Origin: a virus
Lineage: Duplodnaviria; Caudoviricetes
Virus record (IMG/VR): IMGVR_UViG_3300029286_000037
Coordinates: 867 to 64,866 of that record
DNA length: 64,000 bases
Strand: one strand, 5' to 3'
A program made the translations under genes and the position numbers. The notes under the pieces are model-generated. The model was given only the letters and a program-made list of their open reading frames with translations, did not search any database and was not told the DNA's origin. The number at the start of each line of letters is the position of its first letter. Position 1 is the first letter of the stretch. Of this stretch, positions 44,953 through 53,910 are shown piece after piece.

Positions 44953-45259
44953 AAAAATCGTTTTTACTAGACAAGAACTTGTCGACTACACTCTTGGTAG
45001 ATATCTTACTAGCTTCCCCAGCAAAGCGGTCACTGCTGTAGTATTGCTCAGTAAGAGCCCTCTCCATATCATGCTTAAAAATCTCCAGATCATTACGTAA
45101 TTCCATAGCTTTCGCACGGATTCTCGTAAGAGGCTCGATAAAATCCTTACCGTAGTTTTCAATCTTAATCTTCCTATTATCAATAAGCTCATTAACGCTT
45201 ACAATCGCGCTATCAATGATTTCTACTTGTGCTACAAGTTCTTTTGGTGGCTTCTGCAT
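44951..45259 (-). CDS. Hypothetical helical protein
   Basis: AAGGAG RBS; ends DRFAG..SVVDKFL. Confidence 0.65.
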   Translation of the reverse strand: MQKPPKELVAQVEIIDSAIVSVNELIDNRKIKIENYGKDFIEPLTRIRAKAMELRNDLEIFKHDMERALTEQYYSSDRFAGEASKISTKSVVDKFLSSKNDF

Positions 45260-45276
45260 ATAAATTCTCCTTTTAT

Positions 45277-45633
45277 CTAACCTTTAAATTTTTTCTTATA
45301 TGTACTCTTCATACCATCAGTTTCTTTATCCTTACCCTCTGCCCTGTAGTTATGCATATAATCCTTCATGAGTCCGGTCTTTGTCTCTGAATTCCACTTT
45401 TTCTTATGATCGGGCAGTTCCCTTGGTCTTCTCTGCTCTGGCGCAGCCGTAGGACCAATCTTTGTACCTAAGGCAGGAGCAACCGGTTTTTTATTTTTTA
45501 AAGGTGCGGATTGCTCTCCCGTAGAAGTATCCTCTAACATCTTCCTATCACCTATCCCAGAATAAGAAGGGGTATTATCCCGTTCTATAAGGGAGGCTAG
45601 TTTCCGTATTTCATCATGAACTGAAGTTAACAT
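45277..45633 (-). CDS. Hypothetical basic protein
   Basis: Directly after the portal gene; IRKLASLIE at the N-terminus. Confidence 0.6.
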   Translation of the reverse strand: MLTSVHDEIRKLASLIERDNTPSYSGIGDRKMLEDTSTGEQSAPLKNKKPVAPALGTKIGPTAAPEQRRPRELPDHKKKWNSETKTGLMKDYMHNYRAEGKDKETDGMKSTYKKKFKG

Positions 45634-45636
45634 ACT

Positions 45637-47568
45637 TTATTTCCCACCGGACAAGTACTCAGCTATCTTATCCAATTTCTCAGGGTTTTTTAGAACTATG
45701 GACATCAATTTTGTTACAGCAGCCTGTCGTTTACTATTTAAATTACTGGAAGAGAATCTGGCACCGCCAAGACCGCCCCCAAGACCACCGTCCATACCAC
45801 CATCTTCTCCAGGAGGAGGTGGCGGTAGAGGATCAAGATTCATGTACTCAGCAAGCCTATCTGTTACTGAGAACTTCTCTACCAGAGACTGCCCTGCAGC
45901 GGTATAGACATTTGCCATAAGCTGATTGAATGCAAAGTCATTAACAGTGAATAAATCAGCTTCAATCTTTTTACGGGTAGATATTGGATCAATATTGAGC
46001 ATCTCAAGGATCACATCAATTGATATTGATCCTTTATTATATAACTGCATAGCCTGATCAAAGAAGGTATCGTTATCCTTAATAGCAAGGCGAGTAAAGC
46101 TCAGCTTAGGGTATATAAGTTTTTCTCTACCGTATTTATCCTTTTCTACAAAACCTTTTTTACGAGCTACAGGTTTAAACAAGTAATCTTCGACATACTC
46201 CTGTAGAAGTTCCCGGAATAATAGGTATTGAGTATTCAGGATTTCAAGGGTCATCCGGTTACCGGCATATGTGCCTTCACCTGTTAAAATCTCACGGGTC
46301 ACACCAAGCCCAGCAAAAAGAGAGTTCTCTATATGATCATACTCACTTGAAAGCTCAAGAAGACGACCATTAGAACCCATTTCTTCCCAATGAACTTCAT
46401 AGTTGGCGATAATGGAAAAATCTGGATCCACAAGAGCTAAATCAACCTGCTCCCGTAAATTCTCAACGTCTACATCAGATAACTCTTCTGCCCACACCAC
46501 TCTTATAGGGGTCATGTGCCGGGAAGCTATCTGGGACTGTGCCTGACGAAGTTTGTCCTGAAGTAAAAGAGAGTTAATACACCGTTCAAGGATAGAAACA
46601 CCAAGAGTCTCGTATTGACTCTTTCTACGAGCCAGGTGATGGACATAAGACCCACTGTACGGATCAGTATCCAGAGCAATGCTTCCATTATTCTCAAGAT
46701 CTCTCGAAAGACTCGTGGGCAACCTGGGCTGTGCTTCTTTTTCATTTGGATTATTAGGAGAGTACGAAGGGTCCTGCGTACCTAAAATACTTTTTCTTGT
46801 TTCAGGATCCGGAATAAATTCTATTAGACTCTCATCAGAAAAAGGAATCTTTTTAATTCTAACTTGGTCCGGAGGAAGTATAATTAACTTTCTCCACCCC
46901 TTATAATTTGGGTCTTTATCAATGATATTAAATTCAGTATAAAGCCTCTCAGCTTCCTTTTTCCCGAATTCTTTCAACTCTGCTACACGAGCTTCACCCG
47001 TTTTATCTCCCTCATTATAATCATATGGGCTATGGTCTTCTGCATAAGTAAAACAGTTTCCCAGAAGGTGGTACTCATGGCTTATCTCAAGTAATGTTTT
47101 GAATAGCTTAGTCTCGCTACACATCTCTAAGAAAAAGTCATATACGTAATCTACTTGCTCTTGATTTTTACCATGAGGCTTCTCGAGTCGGATCTTAGAA
47201 AGGGGGAGAGTCGAGTGAAGATCAAGAGCTTGACCTACAAACTCATTTGCATTATAAAAATGACGGTACCATGCCCGGCGTTCACGTAGATTCTGTGGTT
47301 TTTCCAGAAAGTCAGTAGATAGTTGTGGCGAATAAAAGTTTCCTTGGCTACTCTCTGATTGCCCACCATTACCATAACCCCCTCCACCGGAGAAAGCTGA
47401 ACGAGTATTAAACCCGAGACTACTCGTAGTAGCATACTTTTTAAGTTTCCGGACTGCTATTTCTTTATCAGTCAACTTTGATGAAGCTTTGATATTGTCA
47501 CCGTTTTTCACGACAGCAGCAGTCTTAGACCTTACGACAGTCTTAGTACGAGTTTCGTCTTTGTTCAT
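45637..47568 (-). CDS. Portal protein
   Basis: RHFYNANEFVGQALDLH..YHLLGNCF..GVSILERC..LRQAQ..TPIRVV..LFAGLGV..EGTYA..YLFKPVA; lies between terminase and protease. Confidence 0.88.
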   Translation of the reverse strand: MNKDETRTKTVVRSKTAAVVKNGDNIKASSKLTDKEIAVRKLKKYATTSSLGFNTRSAFSGGGGYGNGGQSESSQGNFYSPQLSTDFLEKPQNLRERRAWYRHFYNANEFVGQALDLHSTLPLSKIRLEKPHGKNQEQVDYVYDFFLEMCSETKLFKTLLEISHEYHLLGNCFTYAEDHSPYDYNEGDKTGEARVAELKEFGKKEAERLYTEFNIIDKDPNYKGWRKLIILPPDQVRIKKIPFSDESLIEFIPDPETRKSILGTQDPSYSPNNPNEKEAQPRLPTSLSRDLENNGSIALDTDPYSGSYVHHLARRKSQYETLGVSILERCINSLLLQDKLRQAQSQIASRHMTPIRVVWAEELSDVDVENLREQVDLALVDPDFSIIANYEVHWEEMGSNGRLLELSSEYDHIENSLFAGLGVTREILTGEGTYAGNRMTLEILNTQYLLFRELLQEYVEDYLFKPVARKKGFVEKDKYGREKLIYPKLSFTRLAIKDNDTFFDQAMQLYNKGSISIDVILEMLNIDPISTRKKIEADLFTVNDFAFNQLMANVYTAAGQSLVEKFSVTDRLAEYMNLDPLPPPPPGEDGGMDGGLGGGLGGARFSSSNLNSKRQAAVTKLMSIVLKNPEKLDKIAEYLSGGK

Positions 47569-47571
47569 ATA

Positions 47572-47889
47572 TTAATCCTTCAATATTTTATCTAATTCTC
47601 TTACTAGCGCATCTTCTTCATTAATATCAAACCCAGATAAATCTGAGACTTTTGAAATAAAACCCGTAGCTGATTTAACCATAGTAAGGTTTTTCTTACA
47701 GATATAAGACAGTCTCTGAAAGTCTTCTAATCCTGCAATGTTATTATTATTGTGCCTGTATTCCGTTTGAAATCTATTTTGCACATCTTTCTCTAATTCA
47801 GTATAGAGAGCTAAATACCCTTGTAAGTCTTTTAACATTTTCTTTCGCATAGCATTTACATCTGATATATTTTTATTTAGATCTGACAC
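47572..47889 (-). CDS. Hypothetical helical protein
   Basis: 105-aa ORF (GTG start) tightly packed before the portal gene. Confidence 0.6.
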   Translation of the reverse strand: MSDLNKNISDVNAMRKKMLKDLQGYLALYTELEKDVQNRFQTEYRHNNNNIAGLEDFQRLSYICKKNLTMVKSATGFISKVSDLSGFDINEEDALVRELDKILKD

Positions 47890-47894
47890 AACAA

Positions 47895-48098
47895 TTACTC
47901 CTGTTTTCCAGATTCCGGAGGCACTTGTCCTTCAGAAAAATCCCTGAGGACCTTCATAATACTTTTACTTGGTACTTTTTTACGCATATCACTGATAGTC
48001 CCTGGAGGGTTCATATTTGGGGTGTCATCAGGAGAGACCCTATGTTCATAATACCCGACCCCCTGTTGCTCTTCTTCATTACCAAGTTCTCCAGGCAT
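47895..48098 (-). CDS. Small hypothetical protein
   Basis: AAGGGA RBS; a weak motif copy lies at 48137-48151. Confidence 0.5.
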   Translation of the reverse strand: MPGELGNEEEQQGVGYYEHRVSPDDTPNMNPPGTISDMRKKVPSKSIMKVLRDFSEGQVPPESGKQE

Positions 48099-48149
48099 AA
48101 TATTCCCTTTATTTGTAGAGTATAGTTAACTACCCATAATAACAGATTA

Positions 48150-48335
48150 TTAGTCTAAGGCTACTTTAACTTCATTATCCTGAACTATCTCAACCTTTGT
48201 AATCTTCTTCCCGGATTCAAGATACCTATCCATTATCCTACGAATAAGTTCAGACTTTGGAATCCCTAAAGATTCAGCTTCACTCTTAAGTGCATTTTTT
48301 TGTCGTTCAGTGACACTAATTAATATCTTCTCCAT
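48150..48335 (-). CDS. Ribbon-helix-helix (CopG-like) protein
   Basis: MEKILISVTERQKNALKSEAESLGIPKSELIRRIMDRYL. Confidence 0.85.
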   Translation of the reverse strand: MEKILISVTERQKNALKSEAESLGIPKSELIRRIMDRYLESGKKITKVEIVQDNEVKVALD

Positions 48336-48390
48336 AAACTTCCTTTTTCATATGTTATGTCTATGATATATCTGTTAGATATGACAGTCG

Positions 48391-48405
48391 TATTAATAGA
48401 TTATT
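48391..48405 (-). promoter_or_regulatory. 15-bp putative late promoter motif, exact consensus AATAATCTATTAATA
   Basis: Upstream of the RHH-portal operon. Confidence 0.7.
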
Positions 48406-48460
48406 ATATATTTATTTAGGACCACGTTCTTGTACGAGGTAAATGTGAAGCAATGCCTTG

Positions 48461-48489
48461 TTGAAAACCGCTTAAAATTAGTGTATACT
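48461..48489 (+). promoter_or_regulatory. Sigma70-type promoter
   Basis: TTGAAA-17 nt-TATACT. Confidence 0.7.
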
Positions 48490-48494
48490 TACTC

Positions 48495-48580
48495 CAGAAC
48501 GGTCCTTATCGCTTGTTCTTTGACACACCAAACAGCGCAACTAAAATCTACTGCCCCACGCAAGCGGGGATGATTTTTTC
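48495..48580 (+). ncRNA. Putative small RNA of about 85 nt ending in a type I-E CRISPR-repeat-like hairpin
   Basis: Bounded by the promoter and a hairpin plus T6; no ORF inside; internal stem CGCT(T)GTT/AACAGCG; terminal CCCCAC-GCAA-GCGGGG-ATGA. Confidence 0.5.
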
Positions 48581-48617
48581 AAAATTTTATCTTTTTTAAC
48601 TTTCTTCAGATTGTTTG

Positions 48618-48649
48618 TTGTAAAACTCGTTCTATAAAAGTATATTAAT
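48618..48649 (+). promoter_or_regulatory. Sigma70-like promoter of the LamG moron
   Basis: TTGTAA-17 nt-TATATT; near copy of 38276..38307. Confidence 0.7.
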
Positions 48650-48675
48650 TATGTAGAGCAATTAATAACCTTAAA

Positions 48676-49821
48676 ATGGAGAATTTTATGAGCAAGCTGA
48701 CCCGAACACTGACCATCGCGTTGACCACCGTAGCCCCCTTGTTTGCACAGATCCCGACTAATGGATTAGTAGCCTGGTTTCCATTCAACGGAAATTCTAG
48801 TGATGAAAGTGTAAGTGGGATTAAGATCGACTCTGCTGCTGCCGGAAGTCCAACTCTTGCTGCCGACCGTAATGGTGTTGCTAAAGCTGCATATGCATTT
48901 AATGGAAGTCGACAAGCTTTCAAGGCCCTTGAGACAAATAAGCTTCCTTCAGGTAACTCTAATTTCACGATTAATGCTTGGGCTCTTAAAACAATGTCGG
49001 GGACACCTCGTACAATAGCAAGCTGGGGCACAGACACAGTAGGACAAAGTAAAGAAATAGTATTTTACCATAATACAAGGTCTTCAGATTTATACCTTGG
49101 GATCACTAATGGTGTCGACACGATTGAATCTAAAATAGATCCTAAAGTATACTCAGCTTGGATGCAGTTATCTGTAACCTTTAGTTCTGGGAGTGTGAAA
49201 TTATTTCTAAATGGAAATCTACTTACCTCAAAGACAATGACATTTAATGTTCAAGCAGGCAGTGTCTTTGGTATCGGCACAGATTGGTATTCAGCAAATG
49301 GTGGAACTAACTTTTTTGGTGGATCTTTAGATGATATCTCAATTTATAACAGAACACTTACAGACCAAGAAATAACGTACATGTATACTTGTAAATCGAC
49401 AAAAAACGCAGCACCAGCGATTACATCAGTAGCTCCTACCAGTGTAAAGGCTCTTTCATCTTACAGCTACATAGTGATCGCTTCTGATGTTGATAATCAG
49501 GCTGTAACAGTATCCTTTTCAAAAAACCCTAGTGGCATGGTTATTACAGGTAATAAGATTACTTGGACACCAACTAATGCTCAAGCAGGTAAAAATCAGG
49601 TGACGATCGTTGCAAAAGACGCTATGGGAGATTCAACAATTCAGACTATTGAGATCACCGTTGAACCTGTTACCTCAGTGATTTCAAAGAATGTGACAAG
49701 TAAGATCTCCTTAAACACAGTAGCTGCAGTGTCCTACAGTCTTAATGGTAGAGCATGTCAGAAAAATAATACCAGAGGATTAATCTTAAGTAATGGAGTT
49801 AAAAGATTTTCAGTAAAATAA
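48676..49821 (+). CDS. Secreted LamG-like plus Ig/cadherin-like protein with T9SS-type C-terminal sorting-like tail (moron)
   Basis: Signal peptide; QIPTNGLVAWFPFNGN..FTINAW..KLFLNG..FGGSLDDISIYNRTL; NAAPAITS..PSGMVI..ITWTP; tail VSYSLNGR..GLIL..KRF. Likely start is ATG 48688 (GGAG RBS). Confidence 0.8.
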   Translation: MENFMSKLTRTLTIALTTVAPLFAQIPTNGLVAWFPFNGNSSDESVSGIKIDSAAAGSPTLAADRNGVAKAAYAFNGSRQAFKALETNKLPSGNSNFTINAWALKTMSGTPRTIASWGTDTVGQSKEIVFYHNTRSSDLYLGITNGVDTIESKIDPKVYSAWMQLSVTFSSGSVKLFLNGNLLTSKTMTFNVQAGSVFGIGTDWYSANGGTNFFGGSLDDISIYNRTLTDQEITYMYTCKSTKNAAPAITSVAPTSVKALSSYSYIVIASDVDNQAVTVSFSKNPSGMVITGNKITWTPTNAQAGKNQVTIVAKDAMGDSTIQTIEITVEPVTSVISKNVTSKISLNTVAAVSYSLNGRACQKNNTRGLILSNGVKRFSVK

Positions 49822-49850
49822 AGAAAAGGGGGTTTTTACCCCCTTTTCTT
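49821..49850. terminator. Bidirectional terminator
   Basis: Perfect 13-bp inverted repeat AAGAAAAGGGGGT-TTTT-ACCCCCTTTTCTT between convergent stop codons. Confidence 0.9.
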
Positions 49851-52800
49851 TTATGATTGATAATAACCTATATACGTTTTACCTATCAAATTTGCCATCT
49901 TACCTGTTCCCTCTGGTAAGATACACAGATCAAGACTCCACTCACCACTATAAATCTGTTCTAAGTTCGTTCCCACATGTACCCGATTCTGCTTTACCAG
50001 TCTCGGGTATAGCACAACTTTCCAACTAACAAATTCAGCCCCATTCTGTTTATTCTGCCAATCAAACGGAATTGAATTAAAGTCTTGTATAACATTCTCA
50101 TATGGGGTGAACAGGGCGGTAGATTTATACCCATTATCATCTGAAATTTCTGTAGTATATTGCCACCACATACTCTTAGGGATATACAACCCTACAGCTT
50201 TATCAATACTATAAATTGATGGTGCGGATGCATTAGTATCTATAAAATCAGCACGAACATTAACAATGAAGTTATCAACACCATATCGATTCCCCTCAGG
50301 GTACCAATCAATATTAACCCCACCATCACGGTTCCTGAAATATGGACTTGTAAAATAATATTTGTTAATGACACTCGCTGCCGGAATACCATCAATAGGA
50401 TCATAATTATACCCCGACCATTCAATATGAAGGGACCCTAATGATGCCACCCTAATACGCTCACACCGCAACTTTTTGTATTTAGCAATAGATATATCTT
50501 CTACTACAATTTCATTCGGTGAACTACCTGTAGACGCGGTGAGGTCATTAAATTGATCCTCGAGATATGTGACATTGTCAAAAGCCCACCTGCCCTGAAT
50601 AACGTCAGATGGGGCAGCATAGTAAGCCTTTATGGTCTCATCATAATAGACCTGCGGAGCAGTAACTCCAGGATAATCCAACCCACTACTATTATCAATA
50701 TAAATTCGTTTTGTGCTTGTAAACTTTTTCTCTCGGAGGATGATCTGATTGTTCTGGTAATCCTCACCATTAGTAGCATCAGCTACACGCCCAATAACCG
50801 TGATATTAGATGGGTCTGCAATATCCTGATTACCTTCAGGAGCCTCAGCCCCTACAAAACGCAGAGCCTTAACCTCAAGAACATCATTGATAAGTACTCG
50901 ACCCTGCACCTGCAACTGGTAATCGGTATTAACCTCTGTGATCGGACCAACACCCAGATACTGTGACTGAAAATACTTACTAGTAGAGATATTCCCATTT
51001 AGTTCAAGGGAAACATCCGAATAGTTTCCTTTTCCATCCGAGAAATCAATAACAAACTTTTTAAATTTCTCCGTGTCTGCTACATTACGATTATCCACTA
51101 AGTGCAATCCGAAAGGAGTATCAGCACTTCCAGGTGTCCCACCGATAAAAGCCGATACCTTTGTGTCCTTAAGGTTGGTGAATCTCAAAGCACCCATAAG
51201 ATAGTTATCTACATCAGTACCTCTTACGGTAAGCTCATTAGCCATCCCCTTACCTTTGACATAAAGATTAAGGTCACTATCAGCCGCTTTCAAAGTTTCA
51301 TAGACGACATTTGCACCAGGACCGAATGAAGCACCTTCCTTAAAGTACCCTTTTCTATCACAGGTGATATTGTTCTTTACATACAAGTTCTGGACATTTG
51401 CAAAGTTGAATATCTGCTCATTGGCATAGATAGTTCCATAGACATACACATCATCTCTGAACATTGTGGTCGGAGAAAATGTCACTCTGTTCAACAACCC
51501 GTTACCATTAAAGTAAACATCACCGTTGAATAGCCACCCATCAACAGCTTCCCCAAGATCAAGCTTTGCAAACTTTATATCAAGAAAATCCCCACCGAAG
51601 CTTCCAGAACCATAATAATGGTACCGGGTAAAACCGATTTCTACCGCTGTAATGCCTCTTGTGACTTTGAAAGATTCTATAGCCTCAAGTTTTATAGGGT
51701 CATCACCTTTTACCAGATCCTTAAAAATAATACGACCGTGCTGATCACCAGACATACCTGTATAACCAAAAGGATCTTCGACAATCTGTACACCATACCC
51801 CATACCAGTCACACCAACTTCAGTACCTTCTGTCGTATGCTCTGTGTACTGGTATACTCTTGTGTAAGGCATCCCTGTGAGCCCCTGATTCGGATCGGCA
51901 GGAAACCCGACATTACTAAGGATATGCGCCCTAATCTCCTCTATACCTTCCCACCCGCCAGCAGCCAGCGTCACATCACCGGTTATGATAGTACTATCCT
52001 CTAATCGAACACGGTACTCAACTTTATCCCCGGTAAGAATCGAATCATTAAGTGGGGAGGGTAGCCCTAATAAGGAACAACTCGATAAGAAGGCTACGTT
52101 TATCCCCATACCATATAAACTTTGAACATCTCGATCGTAGTTTTCTCCGATATCCCCGATAGTAAATACTCGAGTACCTTCAGCGTCAAAAGCTTCATAA
52201 GCCACCTGCCCGCCGGTATACCCATAAGCACTTACCCCGGTCTCCCCATAAACTGCGACACCTCTTTTAAAAACAACTATCGCTGCAGCACCGGTTACGC
52301 CACCTAATTCTTGTGGTATACCTGTGAAGCCTATAAGGGCGGGAGTCTCTCGTGAAACAATCTCAGGGAGTTTCCAAGTTCTACCGAACATTTCCCGCTC
52401 GACATAGACATCTTTTTTAACCAGGAGGTGATCATTTACTTGGACAGACCCGTTAGCTTCAAGGAGGATATTGATGCCAGTCTCCCCATGCAATCCGTCA
52501 TTATATCGATCTGTGTTCCATATTGGATCTGGTTGGGCACGCCCGGGAGTGACGGTATTGAGCCCCACTCTACCTTTATGGTCGACAGCAATGTAGTTTT
52601 CCACATTTCCATTTTGGATGCCTTTAATGAGCACTGTACTGGACCCAGTTACACCATCAAAGTTAGTGACCGCCAGTATAGACTTACCTGTCTCACCTCT
52701 ATGTATGACGCTTAGTGTGTCTGAGTACCCGCGTACCCCTGTTACACCAGTTTCACCGTATCCTATCATGACTTGTCGTGCAGATACCTGCTTAGCTATC

Positions 52801-53897
52801 ATCTCGCCGGTACTGAGCCCCACGGGGCCTGTCTCTAAGGAAATCAAGCCGGTATCATGACCGAGCATCAGCCCGCCCATCATAAACTTTCCATCGTTAT
52901 CCAAAACACGGGGTGTTACAGAATCACTATTGAATGCTTCAGTACCTAGTCCCATATTTAAGCCGGTAGCAAAAGCACCCTCATCGATAAGGCCATTTGG
53001 AAACTGTGGATAGAATCCGTCCAGATTTTTATCTGCAAGATTATCTACACTGTACCCACCATGTGTAATCCGGTAAGTGATCTCTTCAAGAGAGCAGATT
53101 CTTTTGTTATAAAGACTGAGTAAATCAACGATAGTATCGTCTGTAATAATATCTGAATGCGCTGTGCGATATATTGCAGCTATCGGTATGTTGTAGGTAT
53201 TGTCCGTAGGAAGGGAATCTTCACTAAGGTTAGACCCCAGGAATTCATAGTGGTCAAAGATATTCTTATCTACAGGATCACTCCAGCCCTCTCTTACACG
53301 GATATCAATAACAGCTCTTAACCTGTTGGCAGTTTCAGTCCCTACGATAGGATTTTTAAGATTGCTGTCCCGATAGACATCTGAATCAGAGCCTGTACCT
53401 GCAGAAACCTCCCTAAAATGAAGGCTTACGTACACTATATCAATACGATCATCTGAAGGTGTAGATATAGCTGGGATGTGTGACAAGGTCTTTGATTTGT
53501 CTACTTCAGTATGAAGATCAATATTATCTGTGGGGTACATTTGAAATTTATATTCAAGATCCCCTGTTAAGAAGGTGTAGAATCCCTTAGCATAAAGAAC
53601 AGCCGGGTTATCTAAACTAACTCCTCCGGAAACTTTAAAGTTATTTTGCGTATCTGTAGCCTGTTTTACTCTAAAGGCTTCAGCGGTACTAAAAGTTCCA
53701 GAAAATTTATTGCTAGGGGAAGCTACGTCACCATAAACTCTCTGAATACCTCGACGCACTTGGTCCAAAAGACCAATACCCATGTTCCTAATCTCATCAT
53801 CAAGTATGGGCTTGTTCTTTTGAGCCCATGTATAATAATAGCGGTTGTGTTCATCATATACGATCACATCAGAATATAAGCCATGTTTTCCTGACAT
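49851..53897 (-). CDS. Large virion fibre/baseplate-associated protein (DUF6519/DUF4815-like N-terminus)
   Basis: YYYTWAQKNKPILDDEIRN..RIDIVYVSLHFREV..ETANRLR N-terminal domain; fibre-like GRVGLNTVTP..LEANG repeats; 12 GxTG motifs. Confidence 0.7.
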   Translation of the reverse strand: MSGKHGLYSDVIVYDEHNRYYYTWAQKNKPILDDEIRNMGIGLLDQVRRGIQRVYGDVASPSNKFSGTFSTAEAFRVKQATDTQNNFKVSGGVSLDNPAVLYAKGFYTFLTGDLEYKFQMYPTDNIDLHTEVDKSKTLSHIPAISTPSDDRIDIVYVSLHFREVSAGTGSDSDVYRDSNLKNPIVGTETANRLRAVIDIRVREGWSDPVDKNIFDHYEFLGSNLSEDSLPTDNTYNIPIAAIYRTAHSDIITDDTIVDLLSLYNKRICSLEEITYRITHGGYSVDNLADKNLDGFYPQFPNGLIDEGAFATGLNMGLGTEAFNSDSVTPRVLDNDGKFMMGGLMLGHDTGLISLETGPVGLSTGEMIAKQVSARQVMIGYGETGVTGVRGYSDTLSVIHRGETGKSILAVTNFDGVTGSSTVLIKGIQNGNVENYIAVDHKGRVGLNTVTPGRAQPDPIWNTDRYNDGLHGETGINILLEANGSVQVNDHLLVKKDVYVEREMFGRTWKLPEIVSRETPALIGFTGIPQELGGVTGAAAIVVFKRGVAVYGETGVSAYGYTGGQVAYEAFDAEGTRVFTIGDIGENYDRDVQSLYGMGINVAFLSSCSLLGLPSPLNDSILTGDKVEYRVRLEDSTIITGDVTLAAGGWEGIEEIRAHILSNVGFPADPNQGLTGMPYTRVYQYTEHTTEGTEVGVTGMGYGVQIVEDPFGYTGMSGDQHGRIIFKDLVKGDDPIKLEAIESFKVTRGITAVEIGFTRYHYYGSGSFGGDFLDIKFAKLDLGEAVDGWLFNGDVYFNGNGLLNRVTFSPTTMFRDDVYVYGTIYANEQIFNFANVQNLYVKNNITCDRKGYFKEGASFGPGANVVYETLKAADSDLNLYVKGKGMANELTVRGTDVDNYLMGALRFTNLKDTKVSAFIGGTPGSADTPFGLHLVDNRNVADTEKFKKFVIDFSDGKGNYSDVSLELNGNISTSKYFQSQYLGVGPITEVNTDYQLQVQGRVLINDVLEVKALRFVGAEAPEGNQDIADPSNITVIGRVADATNGEDYQNNQIILREKKFTSTKRIYIDNSSGLDYPGVTAPQVYYDETIKAYYAAPSDVIQGRWAFDNVTYLEDQFNDLTASTGSSPNEIVVEDISIAKYKKLRCERIRVASLGSLHIEWSGYNYDPIDGIPAASVINKYYFTSPYFRNRDGGVNIDWYPEGNRYGVDNFIVNVRADFIDTNASAPSIYSIDKAVGLYIPKSMWWQYTTEISDDNGYKSTALFTPYENVIQDFNSIPFDWQNKQNGAEFVSWKVVLYPRLVKQNRVHVGTNLEQIYSGEWSLDLCILPEGTGKMANLIGKTYIGYYQS

Positions 53898-53910
53898 TTT
53901 TTAGTCCTAT

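Noticed and set aside
48549-48577. CRISPR array
   Set aside because: Only one repeat-like unit, no second copy at spacer distance, and no cas genes in the window; kept only as a solitary-repeat hypothesis.
49851-53897. Diversity-generating retroelement target in the fibre gene
   Set aside because: No reverse transcriptase and no template/variable repeat pair seen in this window.
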